From Myxococcales bacterium (GTDB lineage Bacteria; Desulfobacterota; Binatia; HRBIN30): a DNA stretch of 64,000 bases. The translations under genes and the position numbers were made by a program. Of this stretch, positions 11,915-23,735 are shown piece after piece. Below the pieces are notes generated by a model. It did not search any database and was not told where the DNA came from. It was given only the letters and a program-made list of their open reading frames with translations. Within the stretch, counting starts at the first letter, position 1. Every line of letters begins with the position of its first letter. The stretch is from positions 96,001 to 160,000 of the forward strand of contig JBBILD010000006.1 in assembly GCA_037445065.1 (NCBI GenBank). Reading direction: 5' to 3'.

Positions 11915-12522
11915 CTAGGACTCTGCCGCAGAAAAAGCCGGTGGGTGGCTCTTGGTTCGGGCAACGGATTGGTGGAGGGGGCGGGGGCGAGCGGAGGTGA
12001 GGTGGATGGGGAAGACCTTTCGGCCGTACAATCCGGATCAGTGCTTATTGCTGCCGCCGCACGTGCGGCAGTGGCTGCCGGAGGATCACTGGGCGCTGTT
12101 TCTGATGGATGTGATGCGGGAGCTGGACCTGAGCGGGATCCTCGAGGAGTGCGAGCGCGGAGGTGGGCGCGAGCAGCCGCCGTATCGTCCGGTGATGATG
12201 GTGACGCTGCTTTTGTATGCGCATTGTACCGGGACGCGCCCTTTGTGCCAGATCGAGCGAGCGACGTATGAGCAGGTGGTTTAGCGGGTGATCACGGCGG
12301 ACCAGCCCCCGGATCACGACAGGACTGCGGCGTGTCGGCCGCAGCATTTGCGAGTGTGCGAGAAGGGCGACTTCCGCACGGTTGCTGTGGCTCGCTCGGA
12401 TCGAAGCCGCGTGTGAAGGGCACGGCGCGCGAAGCGGGGCACACGCACACGGTCGCTGCAGCGGGTGGAGCTGCCCGCAGCGGGATGAGTGGCGCTTCGT
12501 CCCGCAATGCAGAGGGGCCTAG
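11915..12522 (+). mobile_element. Degenerate, internally deleted IS1182-family remnant (ends tentative)
   Basis: Contains the transposase 5' fragment; CTAG at 11915 (CTAGGACTCTGC) and 12519 (revcomp CTAGGCCCCTCTGC) may be target/IR remnants. Confidence 0.5.
12006..12350 (+). pseudogene. IS1182-family transposase N-terminal fragment (DUF772-like)
   Basis: MGKTFRPYNPDQCLLLPP..WLPEDH..PPYRPVMMVTLLLYA..IERATYE; TAG at 12282-12284, then in-frame RVITADQPPDHD..HL; DDE domain absent. Confidence 0.85.
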
Positions 12523-12646
12523 CTCGCGCGGCCGCTGTCGGTGGCGCGCACGGGGTTGGGTGAGGTTTGCGAGCGAAGCAACGCCGTTCAGCCCGTGGAC
12601 GGTGGGACTGGCGCTGCGAGGTGCGAGTCGGTTAGCGGAAAGGGTC

Positions 12647-13522
12647 ATGGCAGAGACTTCCGTTCCCCGAGTGTCGCCAGCAACCCCGGAGCGGGGTGGT
12701 GTTCTCCCGCAATGGAAGGCGGGACTGCCGCTCGCGGATTCCCACTGCCACCTGAACGACGAAGCGTTTGCGCAGGATCAGGCCGCGGTCCTGGCGCGCG
12801 CCCGGCAGTGCGGGGTGCGGTATTTGATCGACGTGGGTGCCACGAGCGGCTTGGCGGCCAACCGCCGCGCCGTTGCGCTGGCAGAACGGGAAGCGGAAGT
12901 GTTTGCCACCGTTGGCATACACCCACACGAAGCCGCGGCTGTGGATGAGCATGTGCTGCTCGAGATCGAACAGCTTTCGCACGCACCCAAGGTGGTGGCC
13001 ATTGGCGAGACGGGGCTCGACTTTCACTACGATCACTCCCCGCGGCCACAGCAAGAAGAAATCTTCCGGCGCTTCATCGCCCTTGCCCGCAAGCGGCGTT
13101 TGCCGCTGACCGTTCATGTTCGCGACGCCTATCCGCGGGCAGCGCAGATCTTGCGCGAGGAGGGTGCAAGCGAAGTGGGTGGGGTCATTCACTGTTTTAC
13201 CGGCTCTTGGGAGGAGGCACGGGAGTTTTTGGACCTTGGTTTCTTTCTCTCCTTCAGCGGCGTACTCACCTTCAAGAACGCCGAGCGTGTCCGCGAGGCG
13301 GCACGCCGCGCTCCCTTGGATCGCTTGCTGATCGAGACCGATGCCCCATATCTGGCACCGGTGCCCGTACGGGGACGGCGCAACGAACCGGCCTTCGTGG
13401 CCTACACGGCGATTCGCTTGGCAGAGGTCCGTAGCTGCGCGGTGGAGGAAGTTGCCTGGCGCACCACAGAGAACACTGTACGGCTATTTGCGCTCCCCAC
13501 CGGCACGCACAGGAATCCTTGA
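12647..13522 (+). CDS. tatD: TatD family deoxyribonuclease
   Basis: DSHCHL, VGIHPH, AIGETGLD, HVRDA, HCFTG, ETDAPYLAP, RNEP. Confidence 0.92.
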   Translation: MAETSVPRVSPATPERGGVLPQWKAGLPLADSHCHLNDEAFAQDQAAVLARARQCGVRYLIDVGATSGLAANRRAVALAEREAEVFATVGIHPHEAAAVDEHVLLEIEQLSHAPKVVAIGETGLDFHYDHSPRPQQEEIFRRFIALARKRRLPLTVHVRDAYPRAAQILREEGASEVGGVIHCFTGSWEEAREFLDLGFFLSFSGVLTFKNAERVREAARRAPLDRLLIETDAPYLAPVPVRGRRNEPAFVAYTAIRLAEVRSCAVEEVAWRTTENTVRLFALPTGTHRNP

Positions 13523-13564
13523 GACAGGCTGCGCCTGCCTGGGTGATGGCTGCACAGACACCGG

Positions 13565-16120
13565 TTACGCGGCGGCCCGCAGCACGCGCAGCCGTTCGAG
13601 TACGCTGCGTAACTCAGCGCTCGTGCAAGGCTTTGCGAGGGTCGGCTGCGGCGGTAACGGGCTGGCGTTGGCACCGCCCCGCCACAGGGTGCCGGTCACG
13701 AAGGCCACTCGGCGCGCCAGCGCGGGCCGCTTTTTTTCCAGTGCCCGGTATACTTCCGGCCCGCTCAGGTCGGGTAAGCGCACATCGAGGAAAATCGCGT
13801 CGAAGTCAGTGGCTTCCGCAAGCACGAGTGCTTGTTCACCCGAGTTCGCGGTGGTGACGCGCACCCCCTCGCGTTCCAGCATGCGGCGCAGAGTTTGCGC
13901 CAGCACCACATCGTCGTCCACGACCAGCACGTGAGTTTGGCTCGCGGCACCGGCCTCTGCGGTGGCTGCCGGCAGTTGGAGTGTGAAGGTGGTACCTGCC
14001 CCAGGCACGCTTCGCACGCTCAGTTCGCCGCCGTGCGCCTGTGCGATCGCGTAGCTGACGCTGAGTCCCAAGCCCGTGCCCTTCGGCTTGGTGGTAAAAA
14101 AAGGATCGAAGATGCGGGCAGCGAGCGATGCTGGCAAGCCCGGGCCATTGTCTTCCACTTCCGCAAACACGGAGCCGTTTTGGTACCAGCAGCGGACAGT
14201 GATCTCCGGTCGCACGCGGCCGGCAAGTGCCTCGACCGCGTTTTTGAGAAGATTCAGCAAGACTTGTTGGAGCTGCTGCGCGTCCCCGCGGACCGTGAGC
14301 CCTTCGGCCAAAACAGCGCGGCGGACTTGCACGTGCGCACGTTGAAACTCGGGTTCGAGCAGGCGCAGGGTGGCGTCGAGCAGAGCGGCGAGGTCCACCG
14401 GGCGAGCCTCCGGCGGGCGTGGGCGGGCAAAACCGAGCAGTTCTTCGATCAAACGAGCAATGCGCCTGCCTTGCTCCTGAATCTGCGCGAGCGCTCCGTG
14501 TAACGAGGCGACATCATTCGACGCTGCTGCGACTTCTGCCTGGCCGAGAATCACTGCTAGCGCGTTGTTCACTTCGTGGGCCAAGCCAGCGGCGAGCTGG
14601 CCCGCGGCAGCAATGCGGTCTGCACGCGCCACCCGCTCGTTGAGTTCGCGCTCGGCGCGGATGTCGGCCGCAATCGCCACAACGCCTTCCATGCTTCCCT
14701 CGGGCGTCAAGATCGGGCTCAAGTGCAACGAGATGGGAAAGCGAGTGCCATCGCGAGCCTGTGCATTCAGCTCGCCTCGCCATCGCTGCTCGCGCTGCAG
14801 GGAGGCCAGAACGGCTTCCCAGCCGCCAGGGGGCGGCTCGGCGAGGTTGGGGAGGGGGACCGCTTGCAAGTCTTGCCACGAGTAGCCGAACAAATTGTGG
14901 AAAGCCCGGTTGGCGAAAAGTGGGCGGGCCTTTGCGTCGGTGATGAGGACCGCCTCGTCGGTGCTTTGGATGGCGCGCAGCAGCCGGTAACTTTGCTCCA
15001 CCAGGCGCGCCCGTTCCAACGCCAGTGCCGCTTGCGAAGCGATGCCATCGGCCAGGCGAAGCTCTTCTTGGTTGAATGGCCGCCAGTGGCGCCGGGTGAA
15101 CTGCACGACGCCAAAGAAGCGCCCGCCACTGCGCAACGGGGCGACCAGCACCTGGGGGGAGAGCCCGCCGCTGATTTGCTGTGAAGCGAGCGGGCCGAGG
15201 ACGACGCAGTGGCCGAGCCGTTGTACCCACTCGAGGTCGGGCACCTCGTCGGCCCGCAACCGCAAGCGTAGGAAAGCAGCTCGCTCACCAGCACCGATCC
15301 CGCTCACCGCGGCGCCGTGGTACTCTTGTTCCTCCTCTCTCCATAGCAATACGCCGCAACTGTCCACTGACATCACTGGCGGTGCCACTTCGACGATCTT
15401 TGCGAGCACCTCCTCCACATTGGTCAGGCGGCTGACTGCCTCGCTCACCGACAGCAGGGCGCTGGTGACATTGGCCGCAGTTTGCGCCCGCTGGGTTGCG
15501 CGCTGCGCCTGCTCAGCGCGTTCTTGATCGCGCCGTTCGAGGCGGGAGATCTGCTGGAACAGCCAACCCGCGGAAGCCAAGGCGGCGGCAAACACCAGAA
15601 GGAATGCGATTTCCGTGTCCACAGGCGCTGCCGCGGCGGGAGCGGGCTGCTCGAGGAAGGAGCCAAAGCCCAGGAAGGCGACCAGTGCGGTCAGCAGAAT
15701 CGCCACACTGGCGGTTCCGAAGGGGGCACCGAACAACAGGCCGTAGGTGGCTACTTTGACAAAGCCGAGCAGCAACACGGGGCTGCGCAGGCCGCCCGTC
15801 CATGCTGCAAAGTACAAGATCGCGGCAAAGTTCAAGCACAAGTCCCAAGCCGCGTTGGTGGTCGAGATGCGCCCCTTGCGGTAGCGAAGAAAGAGCGCCG
15901 TGTTCGCAGCTAAATACAAGAGCCAAACGGTGAGAGACAGGGCTGCTACTGGCTCCAGTGGGGGGAAGCCAGCCTTGCGGGTCGTGGCGTAGAGGAGCCA
16001 GGCTGCTGTGCCCTCACAAAAGCGCAAGAACAAGACCACCCCTGCCGTGCGTGCGATCCAATCGCCTTTGAGGATTGGCACGGCTTGTCTGCGGCGGCGT
16101 ACAGCAGGGGCAGGGCTCAC
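13565..16120 (-). CDS. Membrane hybrid sensor histidine kinase (TM region-GAF-PAS-HisKA-HATPase-receiver)
   Basis: Several TM helices; GAF-like segment; PAS; LAHEVNN H-box, NLLKNA, DNGPG, FFTTK, GTGLGL; VVDDD..DVRLPD receiver. Confidence 0.9.
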   Translation of the reverse strand: MSPAPAVRRRRQAVPILKGDWIARTAGVVLFLRFCEGTAAWLLYATTRKAGFPPLEPVAALSLTVWLLYLAANTALFLRYRKGRISTTNAAWDLCLNFAAILYFAAWTGGLRSPVLLLGFVKVATYGLLFGAPFGTASVAILLTALVAFLGFGSFLEQPAPAAAAPVDTEIAFLLVFAAALASAGWLFQQISRLERRDQERAEQAQRATQRAQTAANVTSALLSVSEAVSRLTNVEEVLAKIVEVAPPVMSVDSCGVLLWREEEQEYHGAAVSGIGAGERAAFLRLRLRADEVPDLEWVQRLGHCVVLGPLASQQISGGLSPQVLVAPLRSGGRFFGVVQFTRRHWRPFNQEELRLADGIASQAALALERARLVEQSYRLLRAIQSTDEAVLITDAKARPLFANRAFHNLFGYSWQDLQAVPLPNLAEPPPGGWEAVLASLQREQRWRGELNAQARDGTRFPISLHLSPILTPEGSMEGVVAIAADIRAERELNERVARADRIAAAGQLAAGLAHEVNNALAVILGQAEVAAASNDVASLHGALAQIQEQGRRIARLIEELLGFARPRPPEARPVDLAALLDATLRLLEPEFQRAHVQVRRAVLAEGLTVRGDAQQLQQVLLNLLKNAVEALAGRVRPEITVRCWYQNGSVFAEVEDNGPGLPASLAARIFDPFFTTKPKGTGLGLSVSYAIAQAHGGELSVRSVPGAGTTFTLQLPAATAEAGAASQTHVLVVDDDVVLAQTLRRMLEREGVRVTTANSGEQALVLAEATDFDAIFLDVRLPDLSGPEVYRALEKKRPALARRVAFVTGTLWRGGANASPLPPQPTLAKPCTSAELRSVLERLRVLRAAA

Positions 16121-16182
16121 AAGGGATAGGTACTCCGGTTTTCAGCAGGCAGGCAAGCGACGAAATACGATTAGGTGATTTG

Positions 16183-16211
16183 TTGCTCTTGTCAGGCGGG
16201 CCCTTTACAGT
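16183..16211 (+). promoter_or_regulatory. Putative sigma70 promoter of ilvD
   Basis: TTGCTC-N17-TACAGT ending 8 nt before the ATG. Confidence 0.4.
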
Positions 16212-16219
16212 AAGGGCTC

Positions 16220-18127
16220 ATGAAACCCTACCGTAGCCGCACCACCACGCATGGGCGGGAGATGGCGGGAGCACGGGCTTTGTGGCGCGCCACCGGCATG
16301 CAGGATGCCGACTTCAAGAAGCCCATCATCGCCATTGCCAATAGCTTCACGCAGTTCGTACCCGGGCACGTGCATTTGCACGACGTCGGACAACGGGTGA
16401 AGCGGGTGATTGACGAAGCGGGAGGCTGGGGTGTCGAGTTCAACACCATTGCGGTGGACGACGGGATCGCCATGGGTCACGGCGGGATGCTGTACTCCCT
16501 GCCGAGCCGCGATTTGATTGCGGATAGCGTGGAATACATGGTCCAGGCACACGTTGCGGATGCGCTGGTGTGCATTTCGAATTGCGACAAGATCACGCCC
16601 GGAATGCTGATGGCGGCGATGCGGCTCAACATCCCCACCGTGTTTGTTTCGGGCGGGCCCATGGAAGCGGGCACCTCGGCGGGGACGCACGACGCCGAGG
16701 GCCGACCCCTGCCGGAGCGGAAGCTCGACCTGATCGACGCGATTGTTGCCGCTGGAGACGAGCGGGTCAGCGACGAGGAGCTTTTGCGCCTGGAGCGCTC
16801 GGCTTGCCCGACCTGCGGTTCTTGCTCCGGCATGTTTACGGCCAACAGCATGAACTGCTTGAACGAGGCTCTCGGCCTGGCGTTGCCGGGGAACGGAACG
16901 ATCGTGGCGACCCACGCCCTGCGTTGGAAGCTGTTCGAGCAGGCAGGACGGCTGATCGTAGAGTTGGCCCGGCGCTACTACGAGGAAGGCGACACGAGCG
17001 TGCTGCCGCGCAGCATCGCTACCTTCGAGGCGTTTGAGAACGCGATGGCACTCGATATCGCCATGGGCGGTTCCACCAACACGGTCCTGCACATCCTCGC
17101 CATTGCTCACGAAGCAGGAGTGCCCTTTACCATGCGGGACGTTGACCGCCTGTCCCGGCGCGTGCCCAACATTTGCAAAGTGGCCCCTGCCTCACACTAC
17201 CACGTGGAAGATGTGAATCGGGCCGGCGGGATCTTCACGATTCTGGGGGAACTCGACCGTGCTGGCTTGATCCACCGCGAGGTCCCGACCGTACACAGCC
17301 GCACCATGGGCGAGGCGATTGACGCAAACGACGTGCGCCGCAGCACCGCTACCGAAGAGGCGCGCCGCCGCAGCCTGGCCGCCCCGGGCGGCGTTCCGAC
17401 CACGGTGGCGTTTTCTCAGAACACGTATTACGCCGCCCTTGACGAAGACCGGGTGGGCGGTTGTATCCGCAGCGTGGAGCACGCCTACAGTCGGGATGGG
17501 GGACTCGCGGTTTTGTACGGAAATCTGGCCGAAGACGGTTGCATCGTAAAAACTGCGGGTGTGGACGAGTCCATCTGGGTGTTCGAAGGACCGGCTCGGG
17601 TGTTCGAATCGCAAGAAGACGCATGCCACGCGATTTTGAACGGGAAGGTCCAGCCCGGTGAGGTGGTGGTGATTCGTTACGAGGGCCCCAAAGGCGGTCC
17701 GGGTATGCAAGAAATGCTCTACCCGACGTCCTACATCAAGGCCAAGGGACTGGGCAAAGCGTGCGCCTTGGTTACCGATGGGCGCTTTAGTGGTGGCACT
17801 TCGGGGCTCAGCATCGGCCACGTCTCGCCAGAGGCAGCGGACGGCGGTGCCATTGCCCTGGTGCGAGACGGAGACCGCATTCGGATCCACATTCCGCAGC
17901 GCAAAATCGAGCTGCTGGTGGACAAGGCCGAACTCAAGCAGCGGCGCGTGGCCGAGATCGAACGCGGCGCCGATGCGTGGAAGCCACGCAACCGGCAGCG
18001 GCCGGTGTCCACGGCGCTGCAGGCGTACGCGTTGCTCACTACCAGCGCGGCGCGCGGGGCGGTGCGGGACTTGTCCCAAGTTCGCCTCGCACCACGCAAC
18101 GGACGGCGGCGCAAAAACGGCTCGTAA
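16220..18127 (+). CDS. ilvD: Dihydroxy-acid dehydratase
   Basis: [66 protein letters not shown]. Confidence 0.97.
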   Translation: MKPYRSRTTTHGREMAGARALWRATGMQDADFKKPIIAIANSFTQFVPGHVHLHDVGQRVKRVIDEAGGWGVEFNTIAVDDGIAMGHGGMLYSLPSRDLIADSVEYMVQAHVADALVCISNCDKITPGMLMAAMRLNIPTVFVSGGPMEAGTSAGTHDAEGRPLPERKLDLIDAIVAAGDERVSDEELLRLERSACPTCGSCSGMFTANSMNCLNEALGLALPGNGTIVATHALRWKLFEQAGRLIVELARRYYEEGDTSVLPRSIATFEAFENAMALDIAMGGSTNTVLHILAIAHEAGVPFTMRDVDRLSRRVPNICKVAPASHYHVEDVNRAGGIFTILGELDRAGLIHREVPTVHSRTMGEAIDANDVRRSTATEEARRRSLAAPGGVPTTVAFSQNTYYAALDEDRVGGCIRSVEHAYSRDGGLAVLYGNLAEDGCIVKTAGVDESIWVFEGPARVFESQEDACHAILNGKVQPGEVVVIRYEGPKGGPGMQEMLYPTSYIKAKGLGKACALVTDGRFSGGTSGLSIGHVSPEAADGGAIALVRDGDRIRIHIPQRKIELLVDKAELKQRRVAEIERGADAWKPRNRQRPVSTALQAYALLTTSAARGAVRDLSQVRLAPRNGRRRKNGS

Positions 18128-18138
18128 CGGGGGCTCGG

Positions 18139-19362
<1,224 letters not shown>

Positions 19363-20398
19363 CCGCGCGACTCGGGCGGGCGCTCGGGTTGCTCCTCCTG
19401 GCCCTGGCGTCCCTGCCCGCTTCAGGAGCGCACGGGCGCGCCGCGCCTGGCTTGCAACGGGCTCCCACAAGTCAGGCCGAGCCGCGTTTCTTCTTCGCGG
19501 GCAACGGCCGCCTGGAGATGCGTCACGGCCATTTCAATGAGAGGCTCGATGTTCGCTACCGCCGCTCCGATGGGAGCTACGATCCGCTCGCTCTCGAGCG
19601 GATCGCGTATTTTTTCCGCTCGCGCGGCGATGGCGCCGTAGCGCCGATTTCGCTGCGCTTGATCGAGTTGCTGTCGTACTTGCAGGCGGTGCTCGGCGTG
19701 CGGGAGATGATCTTGCTTTCCGGCTACCGCAGCCCCGAGTTCAACGAGGCGCTGGGGGCGCAGGGACGGGCTGCTGCCTTTGCTTCTTTGCACACCCAGA
19801 CGCTGGCGGCCGACCTGGCTTTGCCGGGGCAGAACTTGCGTCGCTTGTGGCTGAAGCTGCGGGAGACGGAGATCGGGGGTGTGGGTTATTACCCGTCGCA
19901 GCGGTTTCTCCACATTGACGTAGGGCCGCCGCGCTTTTGGGAAGAGAGCACGTCGCGCGTATCGGAGCGGCTTTCAGCCGGCAACGCGCGAGTGTTTTTG
20001 CGCACGGATTTCGACCGTTACACGCAGTGGGACGGAGCCGAGATCGTTTTGCACAGCGTTACCGCGTTTCCGCTCCGCCTACAAAAGTACGCGCGCTTCG
20101 AACATGCCGGCGGCTTGGGGGTGCAGTTGCCGATGGTGCCCGCTGTGCCCACGCTGGCCAGTGACCAAGATGGTTGCTGGGTGATCGAGCAAGCTGCGCC
20201 GCACCTGAGATTTCGGGTGGTAGCCAGCGAAGAAACGGCCGTCCGCCTCCGGGGAGCGCGCCCGCAGCGGGGCAAGATCGTGTGGGAAACGTGCGCGCCG
20301 CGCGTCGAACGGACCCCGGAGGAGGTGCGGAGCAACACGGTCGAGTGGGTGCCATAAGCGTGTGGAGTGAGGGGAGCCCCCACACTGGCGACTCCCGC

Positions 20399-21412
20399 TC
20401 AGGGGATCAGGACTCCTGTGCCCTTCAAGCCATCGTGCTTGAGGCGCCGGAGGACTTCGTTGGCTTCTTCCAAACGAAACGAAGTCGTATGCGGCCGCAG
20501 TGGGATCTGGGCGGCCAAGGCTAGCAGCTCCTCACCGTCCGCGCGGGTGTTCGCGGTGACGCTGCGCAAGTTGCGCTCGTAAAAGAGGTGCTGCTCGTAG
20601 CGTAGGGCAGGCACGTCGGTGAGATAAATGCCGGCGGTGGCCAAGGTCCCGCCACGGTCCAGCGCCGCCAGTGCCACCGGTACGAGTTCGCCAGCAGGGG
20701 CAAAGAGAATGGCGCTGTCCAGCTTTTCCGGTGGCAAGTCGGTTGCGTCGCCGACCCAATCTGCACCGAGTTCGCGCGCATGCTCTTGGTGACGGCTACC
20801 GCGGGTCATCACGAACACCTGGCAGCCCCAGTAGCGAGCAATTTGGATGGCAATGTGCGCGGAGGATCCAAACCCATAGAGCCCGACACGAGAGCCGGGT
20901 TGGACTTCTGCGCGGCGCAGGGCTCGGTAGCCGATGATGCCCGCACACAGCAGAGGCGTGGCCGCCGCGTCGTCCAATTCCGCCGGCAGTGCGTAGGCGA
21001 AGTCCTCGCGAACGAGGGCAAATTCCGCGTAGCCACCGTTCTCGTGGTACCCCGTAAAACGAGCATCGGGGCAAAGGTTTTCCCGAGCACGGCGGCAGTA
21101 GTGGCACTGCCCGCAGGTGGAGCGCAGCCAGGCGATGCCGACGCGGTCGCCAAGCGCGAAGCGCTGTGCTCCGGGCCCCCGGGCGACCACCTCACCAGCG
21201 ATCTGATGGCCGGGGATGATTTCGGTGCACAGGGGCGGAAGTTCCCCTTCGACCACGTGCAAGTCGGTGCGGCATACCCCACACGCCCGCACCCGCACCA
21301 CGATTTCTCCCGTCCTGGGCTCAGGTACGGGCCGTTCTGCGGCTTGGAGCGGCGCGGTTTCCACCGGCGCCGGCTTTCTGAGGACCATGGCTCGCATCGT
21401 GCGCGGCATCAT
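20399..21412 (-). CDS. Zinc-dependent alcohol dehydrogenase family protein
   Basis: CGVCRTDLH, PGHQ, CGQCHYC..ENLC, LLCAGIIGYR, YGFGSSAH. Confidence 0.9.
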   Translation of the reverse strand: MMPRTMRAMVLRKPAPVETAPLQAAERPVPEPRTGEIVVRVRACGVCRTDLHVVEGELPPLCTEIIPGHQIAGEVVARGPGAQRFALGDRVGIAWLRSTCGQCHYCRRARENLCPDARFTGYHENGGYAEFALVREDFAYALPAELDDAAATPLLCAGIIGYRALRRAEVQPGSRVGLYGFGSSAHIAIQIARYWGCQVFVMTRGSRHQEHARELGADWVGDATDLPPEKLDSAILFAPAGELVPVALAALDRGGTLATAGIYLTDVPALRYEQHLFYERNLRSVTANTRADGEELLALAAQIPLRPHTTSFRLEEANEVLRRLKHDGLKGTGVLIP

Positions 21413-21445
21413 GGCGAGTTGCGGTCGTGCAGCGCTTGGCCGCGA

Positions 21446-21901
21446 TCACAAGTCGATCTTCTCGAGACGTACATGCGGCGTGTATTCGAGCAGCGGGGCC
21501 AGGGTGTGCAGCTTGTACTCCTTTTCGTAGCAAATCCTCACGATGCCGGTATTCACCAGCACCTTGAAGCAATGAATGCAGGGGGTGTGCGTGATGTAAA
21601 TGGTCGCGTCCCGAATCGAAGTGCCGTTTTTTGCAGCCTGCGCAATGGCGTTGATCTCCGCGTGGATCGTACGGAAGCAGTTCTCCTCGGTCTCACCGGA
21701 AGGGGTGGTGGAGCGGTAGATCAAACAGCCGACTTCCAGACAGTGCGGCAGACCCGAGGGGGCACCGTTATAGCCGGTGGCGAGAATGTTTTTGTCGCGT
21801 ACGATGACCGCGCCCACCTTGGCGCGCAGGCAAGTCGAACGCTCCGCCACGGTGCGGGTGATGGTGAGGAAATACTGGTCCCAGGTAGGCCGGCGGTTCA
21901 T
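21446..21901 (-). CDS. dCMP deaminase (ComEB-like)
   Basis: [29 protein letters not shown]. Confidence 0.92.
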   Translation of the reverse strand: MNRRPTWDQYFLTITRTVAERSTCLRAKVGAVIVRDKNILATGYNGAPSGLPHCLEVGCLIYRSTTPSGETEENCFRTIHAEINAIAQAAKNGTSIRDATIYITHTPCIHCFKVLVNTGIVRICYEKEYKLHTLAPLLEYTPHVRLEKIDL

Positions 21902-22920
21902 ACGAACGGAACACGCTGTGGGCATGGTGTGTGTTCGTGGATCTGGGTTTCCATGAGGTTCGTCTCTACCGAATTCGGCGTTTCAGCGGGAGTGCGGGCG
22001 GGCTTGTTCGCTAGTGGTTGGATCGGAGTGGCCACGAACACCGCGACCAGCAAGGCGATTGTGGCCACTCCGAGGGCTGTGCGCACTGGCCCGAGGGGGG
22101 TCTGATCCGAGCGAGTTGGCGGGTGGTCCAGACCCAAGGCAAGCAGAAGGAAAGCCCACACCAGCCAGCCGCTCCAGAACTCCATCCCCAGGAAAAAGAC
22201 GAGAAACCAGCAGACGCGGGCGAAGAACGCGTGGCCGTGGCTGAACAGAGCGTAAACGACGTGGCCCCCATCGAGTTGCCCGATCGGTATGAGGTTGAGC
22301 AGCGTCACCAGCAAGCCAACCCACCCGGCAAAAGCTATGGGGTGGAAGTACAGTTCGTGTCCCTCGGGAATCGGCCCCACCACCAAACCCACCAGGAGTT
22401 TGGTCGTCAGAGAATCGCCCAGGGAGAGCGCCATGTCATCAGGAACAACGGGCCGGATCTCCGAGTACTTGAGGCCGATCGCCAGTGCAGCGAGGGATGC
22501 GAAAAAGCCTGCCCACGGCCCTGCCGCTCCTACATCGAACAGCGCCGCTCGCGAGGGGGGTACCGCCGCCATGCGAATGAAGGCGCCAAAGGTGCCCACA
22601 AAAAACGGCGGTGCCGGAAGGAAAAAAGGGAGAGTGGCGGGCACGCGGTGGTAGCGAGCCATGAAATAATGACCGAGCTCGTGAATCAGCAAGATGGACA
22701 TGAGCGCCACCGCGAACGGCAGGCCGGTGGGCCAAGAGCGAAAGTCGCGGAGGGGGTTGTGGCCTTCGAGAAAAGCGCCGTTGAGGGTCACAGTGATAAA
22801 GGTCGCCACGAACAGTGACAGGTGGACCCAGAGCCGCGAACGCACTTGCGGTGCTTCGCTCCGCGCAACCTCGATGGTCCAGCGCCGTGCCTTGGGTAAA
22901 TCGGACCAAGGTAAACCCAT
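21898..22920 (-). CDS. Site-2 protease (M50) family membrane metalloprotease
   Basis: [24 protein letters not shown]. Confidence 0.9.
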   Translation of the reverse strand: MGLPWSDLPKARRWTIEVARSEAPQVRSRLWVHLSLFVATFITVTLNGAFLEGHNPLRDFRSWPTGLPFAVALMSILLIHELGHYFMARYHRVPATLPFFLPAPPFFVGTFGAFIRMAAVPPSRAALFDVGAAGPWAGFFASLAALAIGLKYSEIRPVVPDDMALSLGDSLTTKLLVGLVVGPIPEGHELYFHPIAFAGWVGLLVTLLNLIPIGQLDGGHVVYALFSHGHAFFARVCWFLVFFLGMEFWSGWLVWAFLLLALGLDHPPTRSDQTPLGPVRTALGVATIALLVAVFVATPIQPLANKPARTPAETPNSVETNLMETQIHEHTPCPQRVPFV

Positions 22921-22921
22921 T

Positions 22922-23719
22922 TCATGACCCTTTCCTGTCGAGAGTAACGGTGACCCGTGCCCCGATGCCGACCCCGAGTTCGCGCGCCGCGTCACCTTCA
23001 CGCTGCGCGATTTCCAAAAGGCCCCAACTGCTGAACAAGGCGCCAATCTCGCCTGGGGCTAAGTGGCTGTAAGTCGGCACGATCCCGCGAATCCTCCGCC
23101 CAGCCACGTTAATCCAGACGCATTCAGAAGAAAAGTCGGTAAAGTCGGAAACGCCAAGGTTGGTAATCAAGTTTCCAAATCGGTCAACATAAAGCACCTC
23201 CCCCAAGATCTCGTTGCCGCCGCGCAGGGGCATAGGCCAGGGAAGTTCGACGATCTCGCCTACCCGCGGCCCGAGGGCGGAGGCGGGCGTTCCTGCAGCC
23301 AGGAGGCCAGCAACCGGAGCGAACACGTCCCGCCCGTGGAAGGTGCGGGAGGTGGGCTTCAGGAACCATTCCTCCCGTTCGAGAGAATAGACGGCGAGGC
23401 GCTGGGACGGAGGAGCCGCGAAGGTGAGCACGCCGTTGTCGGGACCGATGAAGAACGCCTCTTGGGTAACGATGCACAGAGCGCGCCGCGAGGTGCCGAC
23501 GCCTGGATCCACGACTGCGAGGTGGATCGTTCCGGACGGGAAGTACGGCACGGCGCTGCGTAGGACGAGCGCCGCGGCCCGAATGTCTTGCGGAGGGATG
23601 TCGTGACTTAGGTCTACGAGCACCGCTCCCGGAGCGCGCTGCAGGATCACTCCTTTGACAATGCCCACAAAACCGTCGCGATTGCCGAAATCGGTGAGTA
23701 GCGTGATGACCGGAGGCAT
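22922..23719 (-). CDS. SAM hydroxide adenosyltransferase (DUF62)
   Basis: LLTDFG, VVDPGVGTSR, GPDNG, TFHGRDVFAP, VDRFGNLITN. Confidence 0.9.
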   Translation of the reverse strand: MPPVITLLTDFGNRDGFVGIVKGVILQRAPGAVLVDLSHDIPPQDIRAAALVLRSAVPYFPSGTIHLAVVDPGVGTSRRALCIVTQEAFFIGPDNGVLTFAAPPSQRLAVYSLEREEWFLKPTSRTFHGRDVFAPVAGLLAAGTPASALGPRVGEIVELPWPMPLRGGNEILGEVLYVDRFGNLITNLGVSDFTDFSSECVWINVAGRRIRGIVPTYSHLAPGEIGALFSSWGLLEIAQREGDAARELGVGIGARVTVTLDRKGS

Positions 23720-23735
23720 GCGGCGGGCTTGGCGA

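Noticed and set aside
22922..23719. Fluorinase/chlorinase (tempting given the dehalogenase in the window)
   Set aside because: Retains the DPGVG..R and TFHGRD Asp-Arg-His signature of DUF62 SAM hydrolases
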